DNA of 64,000 nucleotides from an uncultured Arcobacter sp. (GTDB taxonomy: Bacteria > Campylobacterota > Campylobacteria > Campylobacterales > Arcobacteraceae), in contig OZ223302.1 of NCBI GenBank assembly GCA_965140705.1, forward strand, positions 512,001 through 576,000, in the 5' to 3' direction. Below are positions 21,578 through 31,171 of this stretch, one piece after another. Both the position numbers and the translations under genes were made by a program. Position 1 is the stretch's first letter. Every line of letters begins with the position of its first letter. Below the pieces are notes generated by a model. That model saw only the letters and a program-made list of their open reading frames with translations. It was not told the DNA's origin and made no database searches.

Positions 21578-22710
21578 TGAAAAAAATAGTTTTTTTAACC
21601 GGAACAAGAGCTGATTTTGGGAAAGTAAAATCATTAATTACTATATCTCAACAATCTCCAAACTATGAAGTACATATTTTTGCTACAGGTATGCATATGA
21701 ATCCATTATATGGATTAACTATTGATGAGATATACAAAGCTGGTTTCAAAAATATTTATCAATTCATAAATCATGAAACAATTGGGCATATGGATAGAAC
21801 TCTTGCACGGACAATTGAAGGCTTCTCAAAATATATTCATGATATTAAACCTGACTTAATTATAGTTCATGGAGATAGAGTGGAAGCACTAGCGGGTTCA
21901 ATAGTAGGTAGTTTAAATAATATTTTAGTTGCTCATATTGAAGGTGGTGAAATATCTGGAACAATAGATGAACATATTCGTCATTCTATTAGTAAAATGT
22001 CTCATATACATCTTGTTGCAAATAATGAAGCAAAAAATAGACTTTTACAATTAGGAGAATTGAATGATTCTATTTTCATTTTAGGTTCACCCGATTTAGA
22101 TTTAATGAATCCAAAATCTTTGCCATCAATTGAATTTGTAAAAAAATATTATGGTATTACCTTTGAAGAATACGCTTTAGCCATGTTTCATCCTGTTACA
22201 ACAGAATATGAACAAATAAAAAAAAATATAACATATTTTGTCGATGCTCTACTAGAAAGTGATTTAAATTATATAGTTATTTATCCTAACAATGATTTAG
22301 GTTCTATTGAAATACTAACAGAATATAGGCGATTAGAAAATAATCCTAAAATCAAAATTTTTCCATCTTTAAGATTTGAATTTTTTTTGAAATTACTTGA
22401 AGAATGTCAATTTATTATAGGAAATTCAAGTGCAGGAATTAGAGAAGCCCCTTTTTACAATGTATCAAGTATAGATATAGGAACAAGACAATTTAATAGA
22501 GCAAAATTAGAGTCAATATTTCATTGTAATTATACAAAAGAAGAAATATTAAAAACTATTAAAGTAACTAAGCATTATAAAAAGAAAAGTTCTATTGATT
22601 TCAAGAATTTTGGAGAAGGGAAAAGTGATAAATTATTTTTAGAATTACTAGATAGTGAAAAACTTTGGAATATTTTATGTCAAAAACAATTTCAGGAATT
22701 TTCACAATGA
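21577..22710 (+). CDS. neuC: UDP-GlcNAc 2-epimerase (hydrolysing)
   Basis: TGTRADFG, VHGDRVE, HIEGGEISGTIDE, FHPVT, YPNND and GNSSAG. Confidence 0.93.
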   Translation: MKKIVFLTGTRADFGKVKSLITISQQSPNYEVHIFATGMHMNPLYGLTIDEIYKAGFKNIYQFINHETIGHMDRTLARTIEGFSKYIHDIKPDLIIVHGDRVEALAGSIVGSLNNILVAHIEGGEISGTIDEHIRHSISKMSHIHLVANNEAKNRLLQLGELNDSIFILGSPDLDLMNPKSLPSIEFVKKYYGITFEEYALAMFHPVTTEYEQIKKNITYFVDALLESDLNYIVIYPNNDLGSIEILTEYRRLENNPKIKIFPSLRFEFFLKLLEECQFIIGNSSAGIREAPFYNVSSIDIGTRQFNRAKLESIFHCNYTKEEILKTIKVTKHYKKKSSIDFKNFGEGKSDKLFLELLDSEKLWNILCQKQFQEFSQ

Positions 22711-24272
22711 GAATTTTAATAATTGCTTCAACTGATTCGTATAATGTTTCATTATTAAAAATTGCTTTAGAATTTAAAAGAAATGGTGATGATGTTTTAA
22801 TTCTTTTTAGTCATAAAGAAGATGTTCATAATCATATGTTATTTAATAAAGAAGTAAAAACCCTATATTGGGATGAATTTGATGAATACGAGAAATATGA
22901 AGTAGCAATTTATGGAAATATATTAAATAATGAAGTGTTAAACAATGTCTTAAAAGAAAACTACTTAAAAATAAGTTTATTTTTTCATTTAATTCCTGAT
23001 GAATATGTATTAGGGGGAGCTCATTTATATGCAGATTATACATTTTGTTTTGGTGAAAAATTTGTTGATAATCAAATTAAAAATGGGATAAAACATAATA
23101 TAATTCCTATTGGTATACCTTTTGATATACATCTTTCACAAAATATTTCTGAATCAAAAAAAATATTTTTGTTTTTAGAACAACATTTTTATCCTTCAGG
23201 GAAAAAAGGCAAAAAACAATTAGCAGAATTTTTAATAGAGTTAGCGCAAAAACATAAAAACTATAATATTGTAGTTAAACCCAGAGCTTTAGAAAATGAA
23301 GAAAATACAAAACATAAAGCCGAACATTTATATAAATTTTTTAAAGAAATACCAACTAATCTAATATTATTAAAAGAACATATAGACTTAGAGGAATTAA
23401 CAAAAAGAGCAGATATTGTTGCAACAACCTTTAGTACTGCCGTAATGCCTGCTATTTTATTAGATAAACCTGTTATATTTATTAATGGATTTAGTATGAT
23501 AGAAACTTACTTTTATAATATTCCTATGGTAAATAATTATTACAAAATGTACAAATCAACAGGTAATATATTTAATTATAAACTATTCCCAAATAACTTA
23601 GATGAACTAAAAGTTATAAATAAAGATTTTAAAAACTATTTATTTTATAAAAGAGAAAAAAAGTTTGAAAAAAGCATAATAGAATTTGCTTATTTTATGA
23701 AAGAATATAAAGGAAAACTTCTTTTTTCCACGACAATAGATAATTATAAAATTAACGTGAATAAAAAATTAAATACTTTTCCTCAAATATATAGAACTAT
23801 GAATTCAATACTAGAAGAATTTTATAGAATAAATATAATTACAGGTTTTAGATTAGAAAAAGAAAGAAAAGAATTACTTTATGAAATCAATAACAATAAC
23901 TTTCTAGAATTAGAAGAAAATTTACAAAAAGAAAAACTAAATATATTAAAAAATAAATACATTGAAGAAGGCCTTAATAGAATTTTAAAAGACTATAAAC
24001 ACTATCCAATTGGATTTAAAGGCTTTTATTTGAAATATCTCTATGATAATAAATTAGAAAACAAAATGATGGACCTTCCAAAGAATTGGCAAATAGCTGA
24101 TTACTTTTATAATTTATATCTTTTCAATAGAGATACGAATAAAAAGTTATCTATAAAATACTTAAAGAGATATATAAAGATATCACAAAAAGCACAATAT
24201 AGATTTACACATTTATATGAAGATTCGATGATAGAAAAAGCAAAAAATATTTTAAGAAATTTAGGAGAATAG
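22707..24272 (+). CDS. Putative glycosyltransferase, DUF6716-like
   Basis: IASTDSY N-terminus, FLEQHFYP...VVKPRA..NE..TKH and FSTAV. Start at the ATGA overlap with the neuC stop. Confidence 0.55.
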   Translation: MRILIIASTDSYNVSLLKIALEFKRNGDDVLILFSHKEDVHNHMLFNKEVKTLYWDEFDEYEKYEVAIYGNILNNEVLNNVLKENYLKISLFFHLIPDEYVLGGAHLYADYTFCFGEKFVDNQIKNGIKHNIIPIGIPFDIHLSQNISESKKIFLFLEQHFYPSGKKGKKQLAEFLIELAQKHKNYNIVVKPRALENEENTKHKAEHLYKFFKEIPTNLILLKEHIDLEELTKRADIVATTFSTAVMPAILLDKPVIFINGFSMIETYFYNIPMVNNYYKMYKSTGNIFNYKLFPNNLDELKVINKDFKNYLFYKREKKFEKSIIEFAYFMKEYKGKLLFSTTIDNYKINVNKKLNTFPQIYRTMNSILEEFYRINIITGFRLEKERKELLYEINNNNFLELEENLQKEKLNILKNKYIEEGLNRILKDYKHYPIGFKGFYLKYLYDNKLENKMMDLPKNWQIADYFYNLYLFNRDTNKKLSIKYLKRYIKISQKAQYRFTHLYEDSMIEKAKNILRNLGE

Positions 24273-25265
24273 ATGAAACTAATTGCAGAAACAGCATGGC
24301 ACCATGAAGGAGATATTGATTTTCTAGTTGATTTAGCAAAAAAGATCAAACTTAGCAAAGCAGATATCGCTAAATTTCATCTTTTATTAGATTTAGATGA
24401 ATATATTGATAAAAGTCATAAATTATATGAGGGTTACAATAAATGGAAAATATCAAAAGAAAATTGGGAAAAAGTTTTAAACATATTTAAACCTGAAGAA
24501 TTAATGCTTTTATGTAATGATACAAAAGCAATTGAATTCGCTTGTACTTATAACCCTAAAATCATTGAATTACATGCTGTTTGTATGACAGATTTAAATT
24601 TACTAGATTGTTTAAAAGCGAATAAACCTAAAAATACGAAAATTGCATTAGGAATAAGTGGAAATACTATTGAAGAAATTGATTTTGCTTTAAATTATTT
24701 AAATACAAATGATATTATCTTGATGTATGGTTTCCAAAATTATCCTACAAAATTTGAAGAAATAAATTTCAACAGATTAAAAAAGATTATGCAATTTTAT
24801 CCAAATTTAGAATTTGGTTATGCTGATCATTGTGGATATAATGAAGATTTCAATGAACTTATTACATTAACAGGAGCTAGTTTAGGTGTTAATTATATAG
24901 AAAAACATGTTACTTCACAATTTGGTATTGCAAGATTGGATTATGAAGCAACTATAAATTTTGAAATGCTAGATAATCTTCATAATAAAATGGAAATTAT
25001 TTCAAAATCTTTAGGAAATGGTTCTTTAAATTTTAGTGAAGGTGAAAAAAACTATTCAAGAGTAGGGATATTAAAGAAAGCTCCTATTTTGAAACAAGAT
25101 ATAAGCAAAGATGATATATTAACTAAAGAACTTTTAGAATATAAAAGAATAAAAACTGATCTTAATTATTCACCGTTTGAAATAATCAGTAAATTTGGTA
25201 TGAAATTTAATAAAAACCTTTCTAAAGGTGATTTAGTATTAGTTAGTGATTTAAAAAAGGAATAA
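24273..25265 (+). CDS. Divergent NeuB-family ulosonate synthase
   Basis: IAETAWHHEG, AKFH, NYPT, GYADH and IEKH, with a C-terminal SAF/AFP-like domain. Confidence 0.85.
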   Translation: MKLIAETAWHHEGDIDFLVDLAKKIKLSKADIAKFHLLLDLDEYIDKSHKLYEGYNKWKISKENWEKVLNIFKPEELMLLCNDTKAIEFACTYNPKIIELHAVCMTDLNLLDCLKANKPKNTKIALGISGNTIEEIDFALNYLNTNDIILMYGFQNYPTKFEEINFNRLKKIMQFYPNLEFGYADHCGYNEDFNELITLTGASLGVNYIEKHVTSQFGIARLDYEATINFEMLDNLHNKMEIISKSLGNGSLNFSEGEKNYSRVGILKKAPILKQDISKDDILTKELLEYKRIKTDLNYSPFEIISKFGMKFNKNLSKGDLVLVSDLKKE

Positions 25266-25266
25266 A

Positions 25267-26067
25267 ATGAAAATAGGTTTTTTAATAACAGCAAGATTAA
25301 AATCAAGTAGATTAAAATTAAAATTACTAAAGCCTTTAAATGGTAAAACCGTAATAAAAAGAGTAATTGATAGGGCAAAAGAAGTAGTTGAATGCGATGA
25401 TATTGTATTATGTACATCTGAACACAATCAAGATTTACCATTAGTAAGAATTGCCCAAGAAGAAAATATTTATTACTATAATGGGAGTGATGAAGATGTG
25501 CTTGAGCGATTAAAATCAGCTACAAAATTATTTGGTTTTGATTTTGTCATATGTATTACAGCAGATAACCCTTTATTTTCTATTTACCATGCAAATATAT
25601 TATCAGATTATCTGAGAAAAAATTCTGATGTAGATTTTATTACTACAGTTGGGATGCCAATAGGTGTAAATATTTATGCAATAAAAGCAAAAGCATTAGA
25701 AACTGTTTGTGCAATTAAGCAAGAGATTGATACAGAAATTTGGGGACCGTTAATACATAAAGATTTTTTTAATGTAAAAGAGCTTGAGGTTGAAGATCTA
25801 TATAAATTTAATTTGCTTAATAGATTAACATTAGATGAAAGTGATGATTATAATTTAATTAGAAATATTTATAAAAATGTTAAAGGAGATATTCCAGATA
25901 TTCTTGATGTGTATGATTATTTAAGCAAAAATATAGAAGTTGCACGAATAAACTCACACATTGAACAAAAATCTTTAGACAAAAATATTTTAGAAAGAAT
26001 AAACACTCATTTCCAGAATAATAAAGAAAATATACTTTTAATAAAAGATGGGATTTACAATGCATGA
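25267..26067 (+). CDS. Cytidylyltransferase (SpsF/KdsB-like)
   Basis: ARLKSSRLKLK, GSDEDVLER, ITADNP and RLTLDE. Confidence 0.85.
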   Translation: MKIGFLITARLKSSRLKLKLLKPLNGKTVIKRVIDRAKEVVECDDIVLCTSEHNQDLPLVRIAQEENIYYYNGSDEDVLERLKSATKLFGFDFVICITADNPLFSIYHANILSDYLRKNSDVDFITTVGMPIGVNIYAIKAKALETVCAIKQEIDTEIWGPLIHKDFFNVKELEVEDLYKFNLLNRLTLDESDDYNLIRNIYKNVKGDIPDILDVYDYLSKNIEVARINSHIEQKSLDKNILERINTHFQNNKENILLIKDGIYNA

Positions 26068-27028
26068 AAACTTTTTAAAAAAATTTCTAGAATTATATTG
26101 GTTACGCCCTGAATCAGCAATATTAACATCTCTTTTAGCGAAAAATATTCCAAATGATTATCTTAAGCAAAGAAAAAATACTGCTGATATAAATTGCGGA
26201 GATGGGATATTTTCCTTTATTGTAAATGGAGGGAAGTTTGAAAATTCTTTTGATTTGTATAAAAGTACAAAAATTGACTCATCAATTGTAAAAAAAGAAG
26301 ATATTTATAACCATTATGATGAATCATATATTACTCCTATAAAAGAATATTCTAATTTATCATATTCTTATGGAATAGATATAAATGATAAAATGCTATT
26401 AAAAGCAAGTTCTTTAAAAATATATGAAAAAAAATTACTTTATACTGGTGAAATTAATTTAAATGCTGGATCAGAATATTCTTTACATACACTAAACAAC
26501 GAAAAAATTTCACTCAATAATTCGCTTGATTTAATTAGTATTTTTTCATCAATTTATATGTATTCTAACACTTCTTATATTCTCCAAAAAATAAATTACT
26601 TACTTAAAAAAGATGGTATTTTCATTGTAAATACAAAAACAAATTTATTTAAGAAATTTTATGAATCATTCGAAAACACTTACCCAAAAGCTTTTTCAAG
26701 TTATATTGAACGAGATATGAGATGTATTCTACAAAGTTTACATAAAGAACAAGAGTGGGAAGATTTTTTTAAATTACATAATTTCGAGATTATTGAAAAA
26801 AAACCAACTTTACAAAAAAACTTAGTTCCTATTTGGTCTATAGGACTTAGATTTTTAACTCCATTATTGGTGAAAATGTCAAATAATGTTACGGATAAAG
26901 ATTCTTGGTTTGAAGTCAAAAATGAATTTGTAAATACTTTTTATAAAGTTTTAATAGATTTTTATGAAGAAGATATCAATCTAAATAATGCTTCTTCTTT
27001 TTTATATGTGCTAAAGAAAAAGAGTTAA
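26060..27028 (+). CDS. Class I SAM methyltransferase-like protein
   Basis: DINCGDG motif I, YGID motif II and LKKDGIF. Start at ATG 26060. Confidence 0.7.
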   Translation: MHENFLKKFLELYWLRPESAILTSLLAKNIPNDYLKQRKNTADINCGDGIFSFIVNGGKFENSFDLYKSTKIDSSIVKKEDIYNHYDESYITPIKEYSNLSYSYGIDINDKMLLKASSLKIYEKKLLYTGEINLNAGSEYSLHTLNNEKISLNNSLDLISIFSSIYMYSNTSYILQKINYLLKKDGIFIVNTKTNLFKKFYESFENTYPKAFSSYIERDMRCILQSLHKEQEWEDFFKLHNFEIIEKKPTLQKNLVPIWSIGLRFLTPLLVKMSNNVTDKDSWFEVKNEFVNTFYKVLIDFYEEDINLNNASSFLYVLKKKS

Positions 27029-27031
27029 TTG

Positions 27032-27979
27032 ATGTTTGTTTGTTTAATGTATCATTATATTCACTCGGAAAATGATGATAAAATATTTAAAAATCTAAAA
27101 GGATTAACAACCAACGAATTTAAATATCAAATAGAATATATGTTGAAACACTTTAAACCTATTACCCATCAAGATTTATTAAATTTTTTCAATAACAAAA
27201 AACCTCTACCAAAAAAATCATTTTATTTAACTTTTGATGATGGCTTTAAACAGCATTATACAAATGTTTTACCTATTCTAAAAGAATATGGATTGACTGG
27301 AAGTTTTTTTGTTCCAACTATTCCATTAAGCGATAATAAAATTCATTTCCTAGAAAAACAAAGGGTTTCACAATATTGTATTGTTGATACATATGAAGAG
27401 TTTTTAGAACTTTTTTATGAAAACTCAAAAAAACTACTAAATAAAAAGAAGTTATCATTAATTGAACCAAACCAAACAAATATAAAAAATAGTAAAGATT
27501 TTCTAAAAGAATGCAGTTATTACACAAATGAAGAGAGATTTTTTAGAAAAATAAGAAATTTTATTCTATCAAAAAGTGAAATAGAAAATATTATAAATAA
27601 AATATTTGAAAATACTTTTGATAACACTTTTATAAATCGATATTATATGAATATAAACAATTTAAAAGAGATGCATTCAAATGATATGATTATTGGTGGA
27701 CACTCTCATACTCACCCTTATTTAGAAACTTTAACAAAAAATGAGTTAATATATGAATTATCAATTAGCTTTGATTTTCTAAAGAATAATATTAATAAAA
27801 CAATAAATTCTTTTTCATATCCTTTTGGTACATATAACCAAAATGTTTTAGATTATGTAGAAGCTATTAATTTAGAGTATGCATTTACAACAAAAGATGA
27901 AATCAATTCTGATTTAATCAGAAAATATGAGATAAAAAGAGTTGATGCTTCCTTGTTTTCTAGGATATTTAATGTTTAA
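27032..27979 (+). CDS. Polysaccharide deacetylase (CE4/NodB), no signal peptide
   Basis: MYHY, TFDDG, GGHSHTHP and SYPFG. Confidence 0.9.
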   Translation: MFVCLMYHYIHSENDDKIFKNLKGLTTNEFKYQIEYMLKHFKPITHQDLLNFFNNKKPLPKKSFYLTFDDGFKQHYTNVLPILKEYGLTGSFFVPTIPLSDNKIHFLEKQRVSQYCIVDTYEEFLELFYENSKKLLNKKKLSLIEPNQTNIKNSKDFLKECSYYTNEERFFRKIRNFILSKSEIENIINKIFENTFDNTFINRYYMNINNLKEMHSNDMIIGGHSHTHPYLETLTKNELIYELSISFDFLKNNINKTINSFSYPFGTYNQNVLDYVEAINLEYAFTTKDEINSDLIRKYEIKRVDASLFSRIFNV

Positions 27980-28601
27980 TCTTAACTCCTATAAAAATAT
28001 AATACTAGATTTTGATGGAGTTATTTTAGATAGTAATAATATAAAAAAAGATGCTATATATAATTGTGTTCAAGAATATGCAAATAAAAATAAATCAATA
28101 GAATTTGTTAATTTCTTTACACAAAATAATGGTCTTCCTCGAGAGATAAAAATTTCTACCTATTTTGAGGATAAAATTGCTAAAAAAATATTACTTAAAT
28201 ATAATAAAAGATTAGAAATAGATTTAAAGAATTGCGTATTTACAAATGGATTTGAATATTTTTTGAATTTATTAAATATTAAACCTTATATTTTATCAGG
28301 TGGAGATAAAGAAGAAATAATAACTTTTTTAAAAGAAAAACATCTTTTTCAAAGGTTTAAAAATATTATGGGATCACCTTTAACAAAATATGAAAATATA
28401 AATAATTCTAATATAAAAGGAAAAACTCTTTATATTGGAGATAGTAAAATTGATTATGAAATTGCAATACACTATAATTATGACTTTATATTTATGTTTA
28501 GATATACTCAATTTTCAAATTGGTCAAATTTTTTTAAAGAAAAACCAAATATAAAATTAATAAAAGATTTTGAAGAGTTAAATATGGAGATAGAATGCTA
28601 A
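27972..28601 (+). CDS. HAD-family phosphatase
   Basis: LDFDGVILDS, ILSGG and YIGDSKID. Confidence 0.88.
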   Translation: MFNLNSYKNIILDFDGVILDSNNIKKDAIYNCVQEYANKNKSIEFVNFFTQNNGLPREIKISTYFEDKIAKKILLKYNKRLEIDLKNCVFTNGFEYFLNLLNIKPYILSGGDKEEIITFLKEKHLFQRFKNIMGSPLTKYENINNSNIKGKTLYIGDSKIDYEIAIHYNYDFIFMFRYTQFSNWSNFFKEKPNIKLIKDFEELNMEIEC

Positions 28602-29641
28602 GAGTTGGAATTAATGGTTTTGGAAGAATAGGAAGAGCAATATTTAGAACAAATATGAACAAAAAATTATTTGAAATTGTTGCAATAAATGATATAAATC
28701 CTGATAATGAAAATATTGCTTATCAACTAAATTATGATACTTTATATGATCAATTAAAAGATAAATTTAAAATTGATAAAAATCATATGTATAATAACGA
28801 TTATGCTATAGAAATTTTTCATCAGAAACATATTGATGAAGTAAATTGGAAATCAAAAGATATTGATATTATTATAGATGCTTCAGGTATTTTGGATAAT
28901 GTAATTAGAGCTAAGAATACCATTGAAAAACAATCTGTAAAAAAAGTGATTATAACTCACTCTCCAGATAATGTAGACTTTACATTAGTATTAGGTGCAA
29001 ATGAAGATAAACTTGATCTTTCAAAACATCATGTCATATCATCAAGTATTTGTGATGCAACAGCAATTGGTCCTGTGATAAAAATTATAAAAGAAAATTT
29101 TGGAATAACCTCTGGGCATTTAACAACATTGCATCCTTGGCTTGGTTATCAAAATTTAATGGATGGACCTGCTAGCTCTTGGTCAGTTCCTGGTGAAATC
29201 TATCATCATTTTGCGTTAGGAAGATCAGCGGTTGGCAATATGATACCAAAACCTACTTCTGCATTAGATGCTTGTGCTAAAGTTGTTGAAGATATTTCAG
29301 CTGATAATATTGGTTCTTACTCAATGAGAACACCAACTCATATTGTTGGTAGTGCAGATTTAACTCTTCTGTTAAAAAGAAATACCTCTAAAAAAGAAAT
29401 TGTAGATGTTTTTGAACAATATTCTAATTCTCAAAAATGGGAGATTATTAATAATAATTTTGAACCTTTAGTTTCTCTAGATTTCAAAGCTTCAGAATTT
29501 TCTGCCAATGTTGATCACCGATTTACAAACTTAATACAAGGGAATATGTTAAAACTCGTTTTATGGTATGACAATGAATGGGGATATGCAAGTAGAGTAT
29601 GTGATCAAGTTAAATTTATATCAGATAAAATGAAAGGCTAA
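28595..29641 (+). CDS. Divergent GAPDH-fold aldehyde dehydrogenase
   Basis: GINGFGRIGR, TTLH and WYDNEWGY are retained, but the active-site loop reads SSICDAT rather than SNASCTT. Confidence 0.85.
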   Translation: MLRVGINGFGRIGRAIFRTNMNKKLFEIVAINDINPDNENIAYQLNYDTLYDQLKDKFKIDKNHMYNNDYAIEIFHQKHIDEVNWKSKDIDIIIDASGILDNVIRAKNTIEKQSVKKVIITHSPDNVDFTLVLGANEDKLDLSKHHVISSSICDATAIGPVIKIIKENFGITSGHLTTLHPWLGYQNLMDGPASSWSVPGEIYHHFALGRSAVGNMIPKPTSALDACAKVVEDISADNIGSYSMRTPTHIVGSADLTLLLKRNTSKKEIVDVFEQYSNSQKWEIINNNFEPLVSLDFKASEFSANVDHRFTNLIQGNMLKLVLWYDNEWGYASRVCDQVKFISDKMKG

Positions 29642-29642
29642 A

Positions 29643-30389
29643 ATGAATATAGCATTAATTATAGGAAAAGATAAAAGTACAGGGGTTCCTGGTAAAAACA
29701 TTAGACAAATATTAGGTAGACCAGCAGCAGAATATGCATATATTGCAGCAAAATATGCAAAATGTGATAAGATTTATGTTTCAACTGATTCTTTAGAAAT
29801 TGCAGAAATTGGTAAACCCTACAATGCAATTCATATTTTAAGACCTGAGCATATGGCTTTACCGGATTCTTTAACTGAAGATGCATTATTACATGCTTAT
29901 GAATATATAAAAAAAGATATAGGTTCAAATAATAAAATTGAAACCATATCTCTGTTATTTTGTAATAACCCTGCTATTAATGTGAATTTATTAAAAGAAG
30001 CTATAAGTTTTACTTCAAAAACACAAGAATTTGACTCTTGTTTTTCAGTAGCAAAATATGATATGTTCTCTCCTGCAAGAGCTAGAAAAATTGATTCAAA
30101 TGGAGAGATGCATCCATTTGTTGATTTAAAATACATTGATAATGTTTCTTCAATTAGAGATTCTCAAGGTTCAACTTATTTTTGTGATTTATCAATACAA
30201 GTAATGAAACCTATATGTTTTGAAGAGATGGATCAAGGACAATTACCTTTTAAATGGCAAGGTAAAAAATCAAAAGCTATTGAAACTGATTTTGGTTTTG
30301 ATATAGATTCAGAATGGCAAGCTGTTGTTTTAGAATATTGGCTTAAAAAGCATGGTTTTACTGAAAATAATATTCCGTGGGAAGTATAA
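29643..30389 (+). CDS. Cytidylyltransferase (NeuA/CMP-ulosonate synthetase-like)
   Basis: STGVPGKN, YVSTD, LRP..A and FDID. Confidence 0.82.
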   Translation: MNIALIIGKDKSTGVPGKNIRQILGRPAAEYAYIAAKYAKCDKIYVSTDSLEIAEIGKPYNAIHILRPEHMALPDSLTEDALLHAYEYIKKDIGSNNKIETISLLFCNNPAINVNLLKEAISFTSKTQEFDSCFSVAKYDMFSPARARKIDSNGEMHPFVDLKYIDNVSSIRDSQGSTYFCDLSIQVMKPICFEEMDQGQLPFKWQGKKSKAIETDFGFDIDSEWQAVVLEYWLKKHGFTENNIPWEV

Positions 30390-31171
30390 TGTTAAAAACA
30401 AATTTTTTAAAACAAAAATTAGAAAATGGCAAATCTGTACTTGGAACTTGGTCTATAATTCCATCTACAATAACAACAGATATAATTGCCAGTAGTGGAG
30501 TTGATTTCATAATTATTGATGCGGAACATGGTCCCATATCTTTTGAAACAGCACAAAACATGGCAATTGTATGTGAATCAAGAAAAGTTTCTCCTGTCAT
30601 GAGAGTGGGAAACATAAATGAAATAGATATCCTAAAAGCTCTTGATATAGGAATTCATTGTATCCAAATACCAAATATTAATACAAAAAAAGATGTGGAA
30701 CAATTAATAAGTTTTGCTAAATATCCACCAATTGGAAAAAGAGGTTTTTCTCCCTTTACAAGAGCAGGAGATTACTCTATACAAAATAGTACTTCACTTA
30801 CACAAAAAGCTAATGAAAATATATTAATTGCCATAAATATAGAAGGGAAAGAAGCAATCGATGAAATTGATTCTATTCTTCAAATCAAAGAGCTTGATAT
30901 TATATTTATTGGCTTATTTGATTTATCAAAAGCATTAGGTATTCCTGGTGATGTAAATAATCAAAGAGTACTTGATTATTTAGAAGAATTAACATCAAAA
31001 ATTAATAATGCAGGTAAATATGCAGGTACAATAACAACTTCAAAAGATAAAATTACTTCATTCATCAATATTGGAATAAAATATATTGTACATTTGGTAG
31101 ATTGTGAAATGTTAAGAAATTCATATCTTGAAATAAAAACACATTTTGATAAGGTTACGAAAAATGAATAG
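30389..31171 (+). CDS. HpcH/HpaI class II pyruvate aldolase family
   Basis: IDAEHG, MRV, ALDIG, KYPPIGKRG, NIE and FIGLFDLS. Confidence 0.9.
   Translation: MLKTNFLKQKLENGKSVLGTWSIIPSTITTDIIASSGVDFIIIDAEHGPISFETAQNMAIVCESRKVSPVMRVGNINEIDILKALDIGIHCIQIPNINTKKDVEQLISFAKYPPIGKRGFSPFTRAGDYSIQNSTSLTQKANENILIAINIEGKEAIDEIDSILQIKELDIIFIGLFDLSKALGIPGDVNNQRVLDYLEELTSKINNAGKYAGTITTSKDKITSFINIGIKYIVHLVDCEMLRNSYLEIKTHFDKVTKNE

Noticed and set aside
17585..26067. Legionaminic acid pathway
   Set aside because: No LegB/LegC/LegH or nucleotidyltransferase precursor genes were recognised, and the first NeuB and NeuC look Neu5Ac-type.
28595..29641. Housekeeping gapA
   Set aside because: Substrate-site motifs are altered and the context is a glycan island with no pgk or tpi.
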